NCBI RefSeq assembly: GCF_964204645.1
Contig: NC_134029.1
Location: forward strand, 19,648,950 to 19,712,949
Direction: 5' to 3'
From: Tubulanus polymorphus
Taxonomy: Eukaryota > Animalia > Nemertea
Length of the DNA stretch: 64,000 nucleotides
Shown here: in pieces, positions 26,472-40,680 of the stretch
Position numbering within the stretch: position 1 is the stretch's first letter
How the letters are laid out: each line of letters starts with the position of its first letter
Notes under the pieces: generated by a model
What the model was told of the DNA's origin: nothing
The model's database searches: none
The model's input: the letters and a program-made list of their open reading frames with translations, nothing else
Position numbers and translations under genes: made by a program

Positions 26472-29400
26472 TTTCCCTTACTACTCATCTCGAATTGAGA
26501 ACGATGCAGAACAATGTTGATTAATTCGGTCTAGTCCGCAGGAGTCCGCAGCGCATTTTTCTATCCGGGTCTCTCTATACGTATATCGAACATCATCAAA
26601 TTCTTCGCGCGATACTTTAAATTCCGCAGTTTCTGGTCTATCTCTTTTCGATCGTTCGGATCTCCGCAAACGTCAGATAAAACAAATCATCGGGAAAAAA
26701 AACTTTCGGGTAATTTTTTTAAACGCGCTGAACGTACTTTTTAGCCTGACTTTCTTTTTTCCAATGAACTCTGTGGTTGGGAAATAAAATTTATTTATAA
26801 ACAAAGATAAAAAAAAGGTGCTGTGAGCGCAAAACCATCCACATTTCAAGGGAGATTAGTCTATCGTAGCCTCGACGAATACCGACTGTTTATCATCTCA
26901 GAAAACATCTGCAGTTGCGGCGAAATATCCAAAACATTGGGATTGCAATTTTCTGAAGTTTAGTTTTTGAAAGGGTTGAAAAAAAACAAAAAGGGATTAA
27001 TTAATTTATATCGAGGAGACATCTTAATTTGCTAAGAGAAATAAAATCAAATGAAAGAACAAAATCGAAAGAAAAATCCTCAGCGATTTGGTTTGTTGAT
27101 TGATAGTTTAATGGTTGTGTGGTTAGCGTATCAAAGGCCAGTCCCTATTTTAGGGGGTTCTCCTTGCTCATCGTGGACAGTCCGCCTGAATGCCGGCCTT
27201 TAGAAGGTTTGGGCATTGATTTGAAAAAAAACAAATCACTTGGTGGTGACACTTTTTCATAAGTTCTCATTCAAAATATGCGCATTTTTAAATTTACTTG
27301 CAATATTGCAGGAAACATGACGAAAATCTTCAACCGTTTTCACCCCATTATGCCGGGAGTAGTGTGAAATTCCTCCTCTCTGCATTTATCAAAAATTGTC
27401 CGTCTGAGCAGTCCCAGTGTGCACCTTACACGCAGTCCGGGAGAGGTCAAAGATACGGCGATGCATAATGAGAAAAATGGAATAAAAACGTGAATGGAAC
27501 GATTTTATTCACGCCCGTCGAAGTGTCCACGGTGATCGTGTATCGTTTGCGAACTCTCGTCAGAACGTCCATTGATGACAGTTTCATTTTGCACGAAACA
27601 CAAGACAATTCGAGTGAACGGTAATTTTCCCCCCACGTCGCGTTGTGTCGAGTCTGATAATATATGAATAATTCATCGTTAACGCCGGACGAAATTACTT
27701 CTTTTTCTTCTGAAATAACACAATGACAAAGCCTCTCGACGGCTGTACTATACGCGCACGCATCGTGTCGGGATTCTTCGAAACTTGTTACCGACATCAA
27801 AAAGCGATAATCCGGCAAGATTAGGGAAGAATAGTGGACTATGAATAAATAAATACATAATATCGTCGCGTTATACAATATCATTCGACATCGATCTGAT
27901 ATTGAATATAACGTCTCCGAAATGAACTGATCGTTAACAACAAAACACCGGAGCGTCAGTAAGCGCTGTACGAAACGTCGCGCATTTGCTTGGCGATGTG
28001 CTTTTTGTTGTTATTCGTCCAGACGTCCTTTGTAAGATTGCTTTCTAGATAAACGAGAAAAAGGCGCATTTTAAAGACTGAAAGCGGTTTAAAGCTGAAA
28101 TTGAGTGAGGGTGAACTGGCTTTTTGCTTGAGATTTTGAGATAGAATAGATATGCAGCATTATACCGATTCAATTCAAGTGTTAGAGATCGAATTCGGTA
28201 AAAATGAGGATCAATCATCGTCCTATAGTTCCACCCTGGAAATTATTTAAAAAACGACACTGAATATGTTAAACCCCCGGAGGAATGGCTCAGTTCATCC
28301 GGGATTTATAGCGAGAATTTAGAAATATAAATCATCATTATTTTCGTCGAGTTAATAACTACACCATCTGTTCATGGAATGAATACCTTCATTATGTGAC
28401 AGTGATGTATTAACAGTTTTATTGCAAAATAACGGACGCGACGATCGGCCGGATTCGCTGACCTTGGACAGATTTGACTATAGGTTTTATTGCCGGTAAT
28501 TTATCACCTCCCGGTATTTATATGCGGTCATTTCAATATGCACGCGTTCCTTCTTTCTCTTTCTTCGAGGTTTATATATGGGACCGATTGCAAACTTCGT
28601 CGAGCGTTAACCGTTTATATTCAAATTTAAACTAAAAACCGTTAACGATCTCTAATGTACATGGAGTCACAATTCAAATATATCACGGTTAGATGGTGTT
28701 TGCATAATTCCCACTTTACCTGCTATTCAGTTTATAACATTTCTATGTAATTAAGGTCAATATACACGAATTTTATAGCCTGAACTTATGGTAATAATAA
28801 TAATAATAACTATTGCTTTAGTCATAGTTAATGTCGTCATGCAAATCAGTTTGCGAACGCGTGTTAGCTGTTGTACTGACATGCACGGGGTCATCAGTAT
28901 GGCTTGGCGCTTATAACCGGCCCCGTGGGTACGGTTATGTCGGCCAACAAACCGCCGAGGGACCGAACAGTGACTGTCAGCTCCTTAATCACGTTATTGC
29001 GCGACTGTCGCGTCACCATTCGGAAACGCTTCGGGTGTCTCCATGATGCTGCTCGAGTTTGAAATCGTAGAACAGACGTATATTTACGAATTCATTAATC
29101 GCCCTATACCGGCCAAAACGAAACCCCCTTGGCCATTCGGTCCATTCAGAATGTGCATAGAAATTTCAAATTTGTTTATGCGCAATCGTTCGCCGCTGAT
29201 GATACAATTTCATATCATAATATGCTTGAGTTCCTATTTCATTAATTATCTCTGCCAGGCGATTAGTGCTTGTGTTTATAATGCCAGCGATATCTGAACA
29301 TCCACTTTACTAAGCTAAATTTCCATTACCGTAATGCATTAATCTTTAACGTAGTGCCGGGATTAGGCCATGCAGTCTTCGAGAAATGTTGCGCGCGTGT

Positions 29401-29544
29401 TTCGGGGTAGATTATTTTAACAAAAACCGAATAATCTCTTGTATATCAGTTGTTTTTTGTTGCTGTTACGTATAACCGCAATTTGTGCAGCCGTCTGATT
29501 CGGGAACTTGTGGAATGCATACATCCGCAGTATCCGGGACAAAT

Positions 29545-29831
29545 AAGGCCCGTGCCGAACTCTTTTGAGGGGCAGTTCTTTTTCAAGGAAAAGGGCACTT
29601 TTCTTCACTTTCCTATTGAAAAGAAGGACATCTTTATATCAAGTTCCCGGGTACCTGAATATAAGTCAATTCAGAATGGATCAGTTTTCAATTTCCAAAC
29701 AAAAAACATCAAAGTTGTCTCCAAATTTCGAAAAATCTTGACAAATATTTTTTGACACTGACTTTTTGGACAGCACTTCGAAGATTTTGGGATTTCGTTC
29801 GCTACCGCGAACCCCCCTCGTCACGGGCCTG
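29545..29831. mobile_element. hAT-like MITE family C, copy 1
   Basis: AGGCCCGTG ... CACGGGCCTG termini. Interior is the reverse complement of 58275-58581 (CCCGGGTACCTGAATATA, TTGACACTGACTTTTTG, TTCGTTCGCTACC). Confidence 0.8.
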
Positions 29832-31493
29832 CCAGATGTCCGTAGCAGTAGATAAATTTGCTTCAATTCCTGTCTGAGCTTTGATTTGTTAATTGTAACT
29901 TTGAAACCCACGCAGCATTCGTCAAGTACACGTAATTAGATTGCGTTCTCAAATTTCAATGTGTGGACAGTTGTGTTTATGGCCAGTAGGCCATCGTGTT
30001 ATGCAATATTGTGACATACCGGACAACAAATGTTCGGTGCCGACTGCCACTGAACCTAACCGCTGTTTAGTTCACCGTTCTGTCCGCTATTAGCCACAAG
30101 CGGTGGTCAAGGGACCGACTATATTGCGGGTATTCTTCTTAGCCGTCGGCGCAGTCGGACTCGATGATGAATATCGGGAGAACAATAGACGCAAACGGTT
30201 CCCAGCATCTGTCGGTATCTAAAACTCGGTGAACGCCGTCCGTCGATATATGGTGAACATGCTAATTAAAGACAAGCGAGTTGAATTACGCCGGCGCTAT
30301 TCCGAGGAGAGTAGACACATGAGTAATTAAACCGATAGGTCAATGGTAAAAGGGTGACACCGAAATCAATAACTCCATATCAATTACGACGATCTGCTGC
30401 CGATTTCGAGTTAAACCTGCGAGCTGGAACCGAAACGCAGCGGGGCCGTTTTCTATCCGGCGCACGAATATATACGACTCGCGTTATCGATGGACCGCAG
30501 AAAACACGCATGATGTGCTGACGTAATTGGCCGGTCGAACAGTTACAGTTATACAGAATAATGCCGTTGATAAGATGCCTAAATCATCTAAAAGCTTCCA
30601 TTCATACAGTTCACGAGGATTTTTATTCCAACATCCCGAAATCGGGCCATTTTTTATAAATTCAACGTTTCTTCCTATAAATTGCCCGAGGAGGGTGATC
30701 GACCAAGAATCTCTGCTGCCACAATGATTCGAACGAACAACTCGACATTATCTCGTTCATACAGTTACAGATGGCAGGATTACACCCACTGAAACACGCG
30801 AATAGAAAATACTTATGTACTCGAATTGCTTTTCTAAGCGAAAACAACGTTGGGCGTTTCCGCAAAAATCTAACGTCGAGATACTCTCCCAACTCCCCTT
30901 CACTCTACGTCGAACATGTGCGCATCTTCCGTCTAAGTATCTCCTTTTTTTTTTTATTCCCGAGAAAAGAATCGGACGACGGTCGATTGCGTTGCGTCGC
31001 GATGGTTTGTTTTTTTGTCAGCTGCTGCAGTGGACAGGAAGATGTATGTGGGTGGTTATTGCTTCTGTCTCTAGCTGATTAAATTCGGACAATGTTAGCG
31101 TAGCTTGTGACATGTCCGATCTATATCCGCAGTCAGTCCACTGGAAAATAGGATTCCCACTCGTGTCAAGCGCTATAGCATAGATACGCTTATATTTTTT
31201 CAATAACACTAGGAGGGAGCTGATTAAGTGAACCAGTTATGTTCAAATCCACGACGACTTCACGACAACCAATCCTCACTAGAAAAAAAATTAACTGAAC
31301 TGTTGTGATCATGCATGTTTAGTGATGGCCTCTGAAATACTAGAATCTACAGAAGGCTGGTTCCACTTAAGTTAAGTTTTTTTTAATATAGAATGAAGCA
31401 CAAGCTGGTCTTTAATGCTCCGGTCCTTTAGAATAACATCACGACGGGTGTTATAATGTAATTATTGCGTGAAAACGTGCTTCCAACTGTTGA

Positions 31494-31562
31494 GCCTATA
31501 ACGCACGGACAAAAGACAGAAACATGATTCCGAGCCCTTTTCTCTGTGAGGTGCGTTGGGCC
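31494..31562. mobile_element. MITE family B, short deleted derivative
   Basis: GCCTATAACGCAC..GACAGAAACATGATTCCGAGC..GTGCGTTGGGCC shares termini and an interior motif with the 13.9 and 34.5 kb copies. Confidence 0.5.
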
Positions 31563-32480
31563 GAACCCAAACCCTAAATTCGCTTTGAATAAACAACCTT
31601 TGCAAACTGCTGAACGAGAGTTTTTGGACATTTACACTGCGTCGTACCACTGGTACCATGCAGGACCATTCCGGATGTTTAGGATGCCTCATATAGAAGA
31701 ACTGTGGATCTTGGTTCCCAGGTGGGCAATACGATACCGCATAAACAACCGCGTTCGGCTAATGTCCATCCTGGTCCAATACGATTCATCGAATCTACAT
31801 GATTGGTATCATCTATCTCGCTGCTGAATCGTTTTATTTTCAGAAGAGTAGCATCGGTACCCATACGATAGAAGCATTGCATGTTATCGCATTGTGGCAT
31901 GCGATATAGTTCAGATTCAGATAATCCTCTAACGGAATATATATCTTTATTCATTTGGACGGAAACACGCGGTGCTAGGTCGCTGTTAGCTTCACCCTGT
32001 GGTGACGACGATTTACATGCTTAAGTATAATGTATAACGTATGACTTCTTCTGTTCGATTAAGATTAAAAACGTGCAGATGGTGCATCTCTCGATGCACA
32101 CACGGCATAATTGTCTTAGCGCGTAACAAATTGCACGGCGAATACACGGTCGTGAAAAACCTGTGCTCAATATGATGGGACATTTCTCAATTCTCTTGAC
32201 AAGAATATTATTATACGAGCGATATTCGTGCAGAGGACGACGACTGATTTTACGAGATCTGTATTCCGGAGAAAAAAAAAACCCGCGTAACGGTCTGACG
32301 CTGGTCAACTGGGACACATCGATCAAAAACAGACCACTACACGTATACTGTATATTTGTGAATAGATCATTCAATTATGTGTACATTTGTATCATCAATC
32401 CGATGGGATGAGTTGAAAAAGTCGATTTCGAAATTTCATGTCAGCTCTAAATTTTACTGTTAACTGTCTCCTGTAAATAT

Positions 32481-32677
32481 CAGTTCCAGTTCACTGTTTA
32501 TCGATCCCATACCCACCGGGATCGTAGGGCGCTGCTATGACGAACGCTTCGAACCGGCTGGCTCCACATTGTGGCGGTTGTGAGCGAGTGCCTGGGTTGC
32601 GGGGAAGCTTGTCTCGGTCCGTTTAACGATATCGTCTGCCCATCGGTGTCTGCCTCCCTTGTAGTTCCTCGGTATAA
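32481..32677 (-). mobile_element. Degraded RTE-clade LINE 3' end
   Basis: Minus strand: RWADDIVKRTETSFPATQALAHNR/WSQPV.., then GCGCCCTACGATCCCGGTGGGTATGGGAT stem-loop and a short (GAACTG)-like tail. Confidence 0.65.
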
Positions 32678-34542
32678 CAACGAGACTAAAATCTAGATTT
32701 TCATTTCGCCGTCTCTAATTGACCGTATCTTTTCGAATGCCTAAATCCTTATTATCGGATAGGAATAGCTTTTGTAGGCGAACGTTTTAAACCAGAAGTG
32801 TCGTTGCCACCCATTTGAATAATTGACTTCGTATTGATTTTACGTGTAAACCTGCCCACTTTTCATAGCGCTAATAACCGGTTCAAATGTTTGTTCACTG
32901 TGATTTGGAAAAACGCGGACAAATACGATGGGTAAATATTTAAAATAATTCCGGATTTAGAAAGAATTGACTCGTTGTTGATTGGGGTGTACGAGTGCTG
33001 ACTGGGAAGTGTTGTCCCAAAGCGCCCCTTTCAAGACATGATATAGATCCACGCTCACGTTTTTTGACTCTAATCAAATGAGATTGGAGTTCTTGAACCG
33101 TGGCAAAATGTAGTGCTCGACAGAAATCCCGCGTGTCAGGTACTAACTATTAATATTTCACAGTATCGCGGCAGTAATTGGAGAGGTTGCCTTATTCCGG
33201 TGATATTTCCCTGATTCAACGCTGAAGGCGAACGCCGAAATGAAACGGCTGATGTCAGATCCCCGTATTCATTTGCGTGTACATATAAAGACTGATGCGT
33301 TATGTATTTATTGTTGAAAACTATGTATAGAAATTTTAAAGCATGCATGATACATGTTTAAGTTGTACCGGGGGTCTGCGAGTGGCGCATTTGAAGTCAT
33401 AAGATTATCTAGCAATGGAATCGAATCTTCCGGCGCCATGTTTCGTCAGCAATTAGTTGTTGCAATCTCGATGCTGGTCACGTGAAAGCCTTCGACCGTT
33501 TTAGAACAAAGAAATCTCCTCCGTTGGGTAAATATTGGCGCGAAGCGCGAACAAACGTCTTCGGGGCGAATTAGAAATGTTATACGCGAAAACAGATACC
33601 CTTTTCCGGCCGTTTTAGTGACTTAATCAGGGGCGATTATATGGATTTCATTTGAATAATGCCGGTGGCGATATTGTTTTATTTGCGCGCACCTAATGGA
33701 TATCCTAGTGCCAGAAACCGAGTAGCAAATGCTCGATGATGTCGCGAGCAGCCGTTCAAGCACTCTCATCCATCCCCGCATACAACTGGAAAACTTGCTC
33801 ACGACACATGCTTTGCAAGGGTTTAATGATGTTTCCACACTACAGCACTCAGGTCGTTGTTCCAGGCGGTACGCTGTATACCCCGGCTATATCGTCGAAG
33901 CGGTAAACGACATAGCGCGGACATAGCGCTTGGAGACAAACCGCGAAGAGAATAAAAAAATCATAATAGGTCGCCATTATTTCACCGGTATTCTGTCGAT
34001 AATAGCGGGTGCATTTAGAAAAATAAACAATCTGGCGCTAGGTTTCTCGATTACGCTGATTTTCTCGGAAACGTCGCGAATAGTCCCTCGATGTAGTGAG
34101 ATTTGTTACGAATATACTCGATTGAGATGCGAAGTGTGCGGATTAATTATTTACGATGACATTAATCAAACGTTCGTTACGGGATGAATCAGCGAGTAAA
34201 TTAATCCTGACATTATTTGATTATTCTCGACACCGATACCTAATCCATGGAAAATTGGTATCTCGTGTTTGATTATTGACACCGAGATCTCGTCATCGGC
34301 GGTAATCGCTACACCGCGAATCCGAGCAGCGCCTGGTGCGCCGCGCCGCCGTAGTCGCTGCTCTAAACGCCATCTCCATCTCGGCTGATGATTACTCGAT
34401 TCCAGGCCGGATCAGGCGAATACCCGGTCCAGTGGAACGGGGTTAGTCGTGCGCCGAACACATTATTCTGATTCAGGATATCGACAGATTTTAGCCCTCG
34501 TTGGCTGTATGGTATCCCACTGACCACGCTAACTTAGCTTAA

Positions 34543-34782
34543 GCTCAACGCACACGACACAGAAACAGACGACAGAAACATACTTTCGAGCGTTTCCCTG
34601 TGCCGTGTGCGTTTACGAGAAACAAAAAACGACGCAGGGGAATGCGTCGTGTGCGTTACGTGTTTCTGTATTTCAATGTTTCCCTGAGTCGTGTGCGTTT
34701 ACGAGAAACATGGTTTCGGGAAACGATGTTTCCGTGATCAAACATGTTTGCCTCCGTGTTTCCCTGTATCCAGTGCGTTAGG
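34543..34782. mobile_element. MITE family B, copy 2 (Harbinger-like, TAA flanks)
   Basis: TAA|GCTCAACGCACACGACACAG ... CTGTATCCAGTGCGTTAGG|TAA, with internal repeats of CGTGTGCGTTTACGAGAAACA. Confidence 0.75.
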
Positions 34783-35924
34783 TAAGATACTAACGTGTGC
34801 ATTCCCTGCTAACCCCAAAGACAACATTTTCTTTTTCGCTAATTATATTATAGAATCATTGATTTCCCTACTTGTCGTCTGCGATCATTTTTTCGGCTTC
34901 TCGTATGCTCCACAATACTCATTACACACACGTACAAATTCAAATGAAGGGATTAAGCTGATTTTTATCAACTGAAGAATTAGTTGTATCCGTATATCTT
35001 ATCAGATTTAAGAGGCAGCAATACGGCCATTTTGGTGGAGAGATTCAGTCAACTGCGATGTTATTCCGATCGTGTCCTTGATTTCTGGTGTAGACGAGGA
35101 AGAGATTGTTGGGACGCTTTAGTACTTACTCCTCGAGGTGCCAATCGAACAAATTGCGGCAATTTAGCAGCGGAAATTGTTACTAATAACTCGGATCCGC
35201 TGGCATAACATAGATAGATTCGCACACCTACGGTGTACCGGGTCATTGTCACCTAAACCAGCTTTCCGTTATCAGCAAAAACGAGTTCGGTTCTTCACAT
35301 GACTAACGCGCAGGGGTTACACAAATATGCGACCAAGCTATATATGAAAAAAATTATGACGACAAAACCAGCTTAAGTATATATAATAGTCCTGATCCAT
35401 TTTATCGTAGATATCAACAAGCATTACGTGCTATTTCGTAATTATGATTACGTAATTATCTCTATGTATCCAATAACAATTTGACGTTGCCTCCCGTGCT
35501 ATTAGCCCTTGCCGTAAGACCATTTATCCGCCGAAAGCGAAAGTATATCGTTATGGCAGATGCCTAAGAAGTATCGGTGCACCTTCGAAATGTGTTTCAC
35601 CTGTCAGCGTTAAACCAGGGTCGGCCCTGTATTTACAATACGATCTTTTATTGTAGCTAATTTAACGTATGCGGTATAATATTTTCCGCTTTAATAAAAA
35701 TGTATTTTACGAGCTTGAAACTATCGTTGGCTTCGCAAGTGTATTTCTTGTGATCTTATACGCGATTTATGACGCATAAAAACGAGTCTGCGTCGGGCGA
35801 ACATCGTTTGTTTTATGTCGTTCACGACAACGATATAAAAACTATATTACGATAGAAACCTTAAGGAAATACTACGAGTCTTATATATATATTGTCGAGA
35901 TAAGGTATAAGTTGTGTTCGCTTT

Positions 35925-35976
35925 TTTATGCAATCGGTTGCTGAGTAGGTTTTATGCAATCAGTTGCTGAGTAGGT
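35925..35976. repeat. 26-bp tandem duplication
   Basis: TTTATGCAATC(G/A)GTTGCTGAGTAGGT twice. Confidence 0.9.
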
Positions 35977-37331
35977 ATAAAGGACGTGGGTATTTTTTGA
36001 CGCTGCGTCTTCAGAAAAAAATGTCTTAGATTGAAAAACTATACCCAAGAAGAACGGTCAGGCTTTAGCGTGTACCGGTGTGTCAGGTGGACATTCGATC
36101 CATGATGATCAGTTTTCTTATTCCTTGCTATATGTACTTCTGGAAACTGACTTACTTATGGCGAAGTTTGCGTTATCGGCCTTGAGAATGTATTGATATA
36201 CCTCTCGGGAAAAACGAAGGCAGCATTACGGCGTCTTAACGTTGTACTATCATACGCCATTCATTACACTCGCAATTTTGCCTATTAACACAGGCGAAGC
36301 ACTCGACAGCATCGAACACTGGATTTATCGAACTTCAATTAAATTTCTCCACTTGACTGGAATACTTTCCGCGACACTCACTCGTTACACACAGATACTC
36401 GTTAAAACCAGTGTTTCTGGTAACGACCTCCCGTATTGACACGATTCAAAGTTGTTTCAACAAACGACTAAGGTCGGCCGCAACGCGCTCATCGTATTCG
36501 CGCGTCGCTTTAGGATGAACCGCATTTATGGCGTTTTCGTCGTAAAAACTATACGCGTAGATTTTGTCAAATTCCGCGGGGATTCCGGCGTATTAATCTA
36601 TCGTGCCACGCGTCCTTACATTAGCTTTAATGTCTGTTATTAATTAAGTAAATTAATATGGCAATAAATCATATATATAAAATATATACGCATTTCATTA
36701 ACAAAGTGATACGCGTAGAGATGTTTATAGCCTTGTTATATGAAGTTGACCTTGCCACTATTTTCACGTCAATAATAATATAGTTTATTTGGTTTGGTAT
36801 ATTTCGAAAGAAGTGGCTCATTTCCCATTAAACAACGTATATGTCAAGTCGACAAAAAATGAGACAGGATCCGGCCGATATTGCGTATAACGACTTAAAT
36901 TACCAGCGCGACCGAAAACAAACAACGGTAGCTAATTAATACGGGTACTACAACAAATTAATAATGAATGTTTCTCGAAACCGCGCTGTAACCGTTGAGT
37001 TGGCACAACTTCCGGTATTCGAACTACCGCAAATCGCGTTCACTAAAACGCGGGTAATACGGCGCGCACGGGTGCTAAATCCTCGGCCATCGAGATATAA
37101 TTGTTAATATCCCCGGTAATTTTCATTCGGCAATTTACGCGGAATTATGAACCAATTACCGACACAGGCTTACCGAGCCGTGCGCCGTGTGCGCTTACGG
37201 AGAAGATACGTGTGATCTTCGTGATAGATTTTTTCCATCAAAGAACGCGGAATTCTTGGGAATATGCGGTAAAATCCCACATAACAGACAAGATTGAATG
37301 AACGAGGTCGAAATGTTTCCTTGAGCTACAG

Positions 37332-37385
37332 TTTATTTTCAACGTTTCGATAATATTATATCCTAACAGTTATATTCAGGATGAA
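37332..37385 (-). other. Decayed Penelope-type hammerhead-like motif
   Basis: Minus strand TTCATC-CTGAATA-TAACTGTTAGGATATAATATTATC-GAAACGTTGAAAATAAA. The CUGANGA core is mutated. Confidence 0.3.
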
Positions 37386-38499
37386 TGCGTAGTGGGAGAT
37401 CCCTTTGGCGCGTAATCGCAAACTCAAGTGGTTACGGATCAGTCGTCAGGAAAGGTATTCAAAAGATATCAACGCAGGCCCAAATTGCAAATGACGCTCT
37501 TTAAACACTGTAAAAATGGGAAATATAACTTTAAGAGATACTTAGATATTTACAAATTGATGAAAATCGCGATTTTTGATGCGAAGTTTAAATATGCGGT
37601 CCTTGGTTTCGCATTGTCACTGCTCTCAATTATTGCATTCGAAAAACATTAGAATCGCCGGCAAATATCTGCATGTCATTTAAAAAGATGTATAAATCAT
37701 TTTTATCAAGCAAGGGACTGCAGAGCTGGTTGGAATTCAATGAAAACTTATGTTTCAAATAAGGAGTGAAAATGATCGCAACAATGGGAACCTCGAGGGA
37801 CCGCCACAAAATCGCCTAGAAAATGTAAACTTCTTTATACTGTGACAGCAGAAATTATGATATGAATATCTACAATCCAGGACTAAGAGACGAATCCAGT
37901 AATAAGTGATAAAAACAAACTAGGGGATGATACATACATATTATATACAGATGAGGGAAAACAAAGCATTTAGATACAAGACATTATGGAAAATTGAAAA
38001 AACGGAAATTGAAGCCATAAATTGACTGCGACTCATGCTTGATTTTGACCTTAAGAACAAACAAGTAGAGATCACTCATATTGAATGGATTTTTCAGAAA
38101 ACGCACATTTTTATCAATATATTTGAGTGGTTCGAAACATTTTGCGGGATTCGTGTCTCATTCGTTCGTCTCTAACAGTTACAATCTAGGGCCTGATTTT
38201 CTCGGGAATATCTCTTCGGTTTTCTTCGAACTATACAAAGCGACGAACGAACGCATCGTGCCGAGTTGTTAGCGCGAACTAAAACGTAGCGTCGAGATAA
38301 ATTGCCCATTATTGTGTGCTCTTACCTTTCCGTACATTAAAGACATTAAAGTAACAGATCTGCGTTAAGCTGTCGTACGCGGGCATCTATCCACGAATTT
38401 TACTGCCGACCTAAACGTCTACATTAGAGAGTAATTTCATCTAACCCATTCCTGATTATGCCAGATTCCAATCGTCTCAGCCCGCATGCTTTATACACG

Positions 38500-38529
38500 T
38501 CGTCTTATTTCTTATCTTTTCAGGTAAGC
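38500..38529 (+). other. Candidate recursive splice site (juxtaposed 3' and 5' splice sites)
   Basis: TCGTCTTATTTCTTATCTTTTCAG|GTAAGC, with about 40 nt free of AG upstream. Confidence 0.5.
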
Positions 38530-39498
38530 TTAATGCGTGTTTTTATGTGAAGAAACTGTTTGGGTTTAACGAGGGCGGTAAGAAAAAATACTTTCATATC
38601 ATAATTGTATATATTATCGTGCGTCGAATCTCGTAAAAGTGCATAAACGAGGAACCGTTATTTCAAATTTTCGCAGTTACATATACGGCCTGCTAATGGG
38701 ATGACATAAATCGATCGTTATTTCGTATATGTACATGAAACATACGGTCGTATCAGCTATTTAACCATTTGATGTTTGGATAAGTTTTGAATGTATTCCT
38801 TGTTGTGCGATGTTTTTATACATTACGCTCTATCAAAAGTTGTAGATAATATAGAGGGGAAGCGGCCTTACATAAAAATACGTTTCCGTCACAGCGCGTA
38901 AACATTCTTGAAATTACTGCTTGAGAAAACGATGATCCATCTTCAGGTAGGAATAACAACACGGTCATAACAGTCATAATTGTCAAACATCATCCTCCGC
39001 AAATATGCTTTGCCTGACTGCTGGCGGAAATTACCAAGTGTATTGCATATTACAACTGCGCGTTTCCCGACGCTGCTAGATACAGCGGCGGCCGAACGGT
39101 TCGGTCTCTCTCTCTCGCGCCGCTCTCAAAATTGAACGCAACCTTACCGCATTATGCGCCGTAATATATGACATTAGCGACCGGTGTCCACCGGCAAATT
39201 GCTAGGTGGCTTACTAATTCAGACTGTAGGGGATGATACCTAATCGTAAATTAGCGCTAATGTTATCCTGTTAAAGTTGCTCGATAGGATAGACACGAGC
39301 AAAGACGCCGGAATTATGCAACCGTCGTCTGCCTACAGGAATGGATTTCTCAGCAGTTTTAGACACCGAAACTTAGAAGACAATGAATTCGAACTTTGGA
39401 TTTTTGAATTCGTATTTCTGTTGCATGCGCCTTGAGAATCTTCATGCATGTATTGAATTCATGAAGGAAGATTACCCGATCTATTTCTGTTGTTTTTA

Positions 39499-39903
39499 CC
39501 ATGCCATGCCATACCATACCATACCATACCATACCATACCATACCATACCATACCATACCATACCATACCATACCATACCATACCATACCATACCATACC
39601 ATACCGTACCCAACCCATACCAATACCAATATCCGTACCCAACCCATACCAATACCAATATCCGTACCCACACCACACCACACCACACCACACCACACCA
39701 CACCACACCACACCACACCACACCACACCACACCACACCACACCACACCACACCACACCACACCACACCACACCACACCACACCACACCACACCACACCA
39801 CACCACACCACACCACACCACACCACACCACACCACACCACACCACACCACACCACACCACACCACACCACACCACACCACACCACACCACACCACACCA
39901 CAC
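39499..39903. repeat. Compound pentanucleotide satellite: (CCATG)2(CCATA)n, two 29-mers, then (CCACA)n
   Basis: Read directly. 29-bp unit CCGTACCCAACCCATACCAATACCAATAT at 39604-39632 and 39633-39661. Confidence 0.97.
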
Positions 39904-40569
39904 TACATCATTTATTGCTATCAATTAGAAATATGGAACTCCGTTTTGGTAGATATTTTGGTCATTATTTGGTAATATTTTGGTCCCTTTAGACGCAATA
40001 GAAGTCTCGTTGAATGCTGGGAGGTGCGAGCGAAACCTCCTGAGATGCTGGTTCGTACGCAGCAAGTGTTCGTGTCGACTTGACATTGATAAATCAATGC
40101 AGCCGTATCAAACTTCGCGATCGAATGTTATATCTTTAAACGCATCTCTGGCCATTTTAGAACACTCGATACGATAGCGTACATGTATGATACCCGACTA
40201 TATAGCCCGAATTGATCGCAATGATGCAAACAATGATCAAAACAAGATACACCCATTGTATTGTACTGTACTGAATTTTCGATTATGGTCATATAAATAG
40301 TATATCCAGCAGATATTGCCTCCGGGTTAGAACGCCAGTTTGAATGACCATGAAGTTCATTCATTGCGTATAATACGGGCCCTGGTGGCGAACGTAAATT
40401 AGAATCAGCAAGTAACTGGTTAACAAGATTAAACTATACAGATTAAAAGTTATCTTTATCTGTTCTTCGCGGTTAAATTATACTGACTGGTTAACCCTTC
40501 CATCACCGAAACCGATCAATTATTTTCTGTCAAAACATGGACTCTAAAATCAAGTCCATGGTCGAAGAT

Positions 40570-40680
40570 AATTCAATTCAATTCTTTATTGATCCGTGGC
40601 GTAGTTATGCATAATTGGATGATATACAATAAAATAAAAAGATAAATAAACAATAATTATACATACATAGAGAAAAAAAA
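40570..40680 (-). mobile_element. LINE 3' tail remnant
   Basis: Minus strand ends AATAAAGAATTGAATTGAATTA after an AT-rich UTR-like stretch. Confidence 0.4.

Noticed and set aside
37722-37770. ELV/WNSMKTYV resembling a Tc1/IS630 transposase motif
   Set aside because: Requires a frameshift and no flanking DDE motifs are visible.
39359-39992. Six overlapping ORFs of 142-181 aa (VWCGV / HHTTP repeats)
   Set aside because: Stop-free translations of the CCATA/CCACA satellite.
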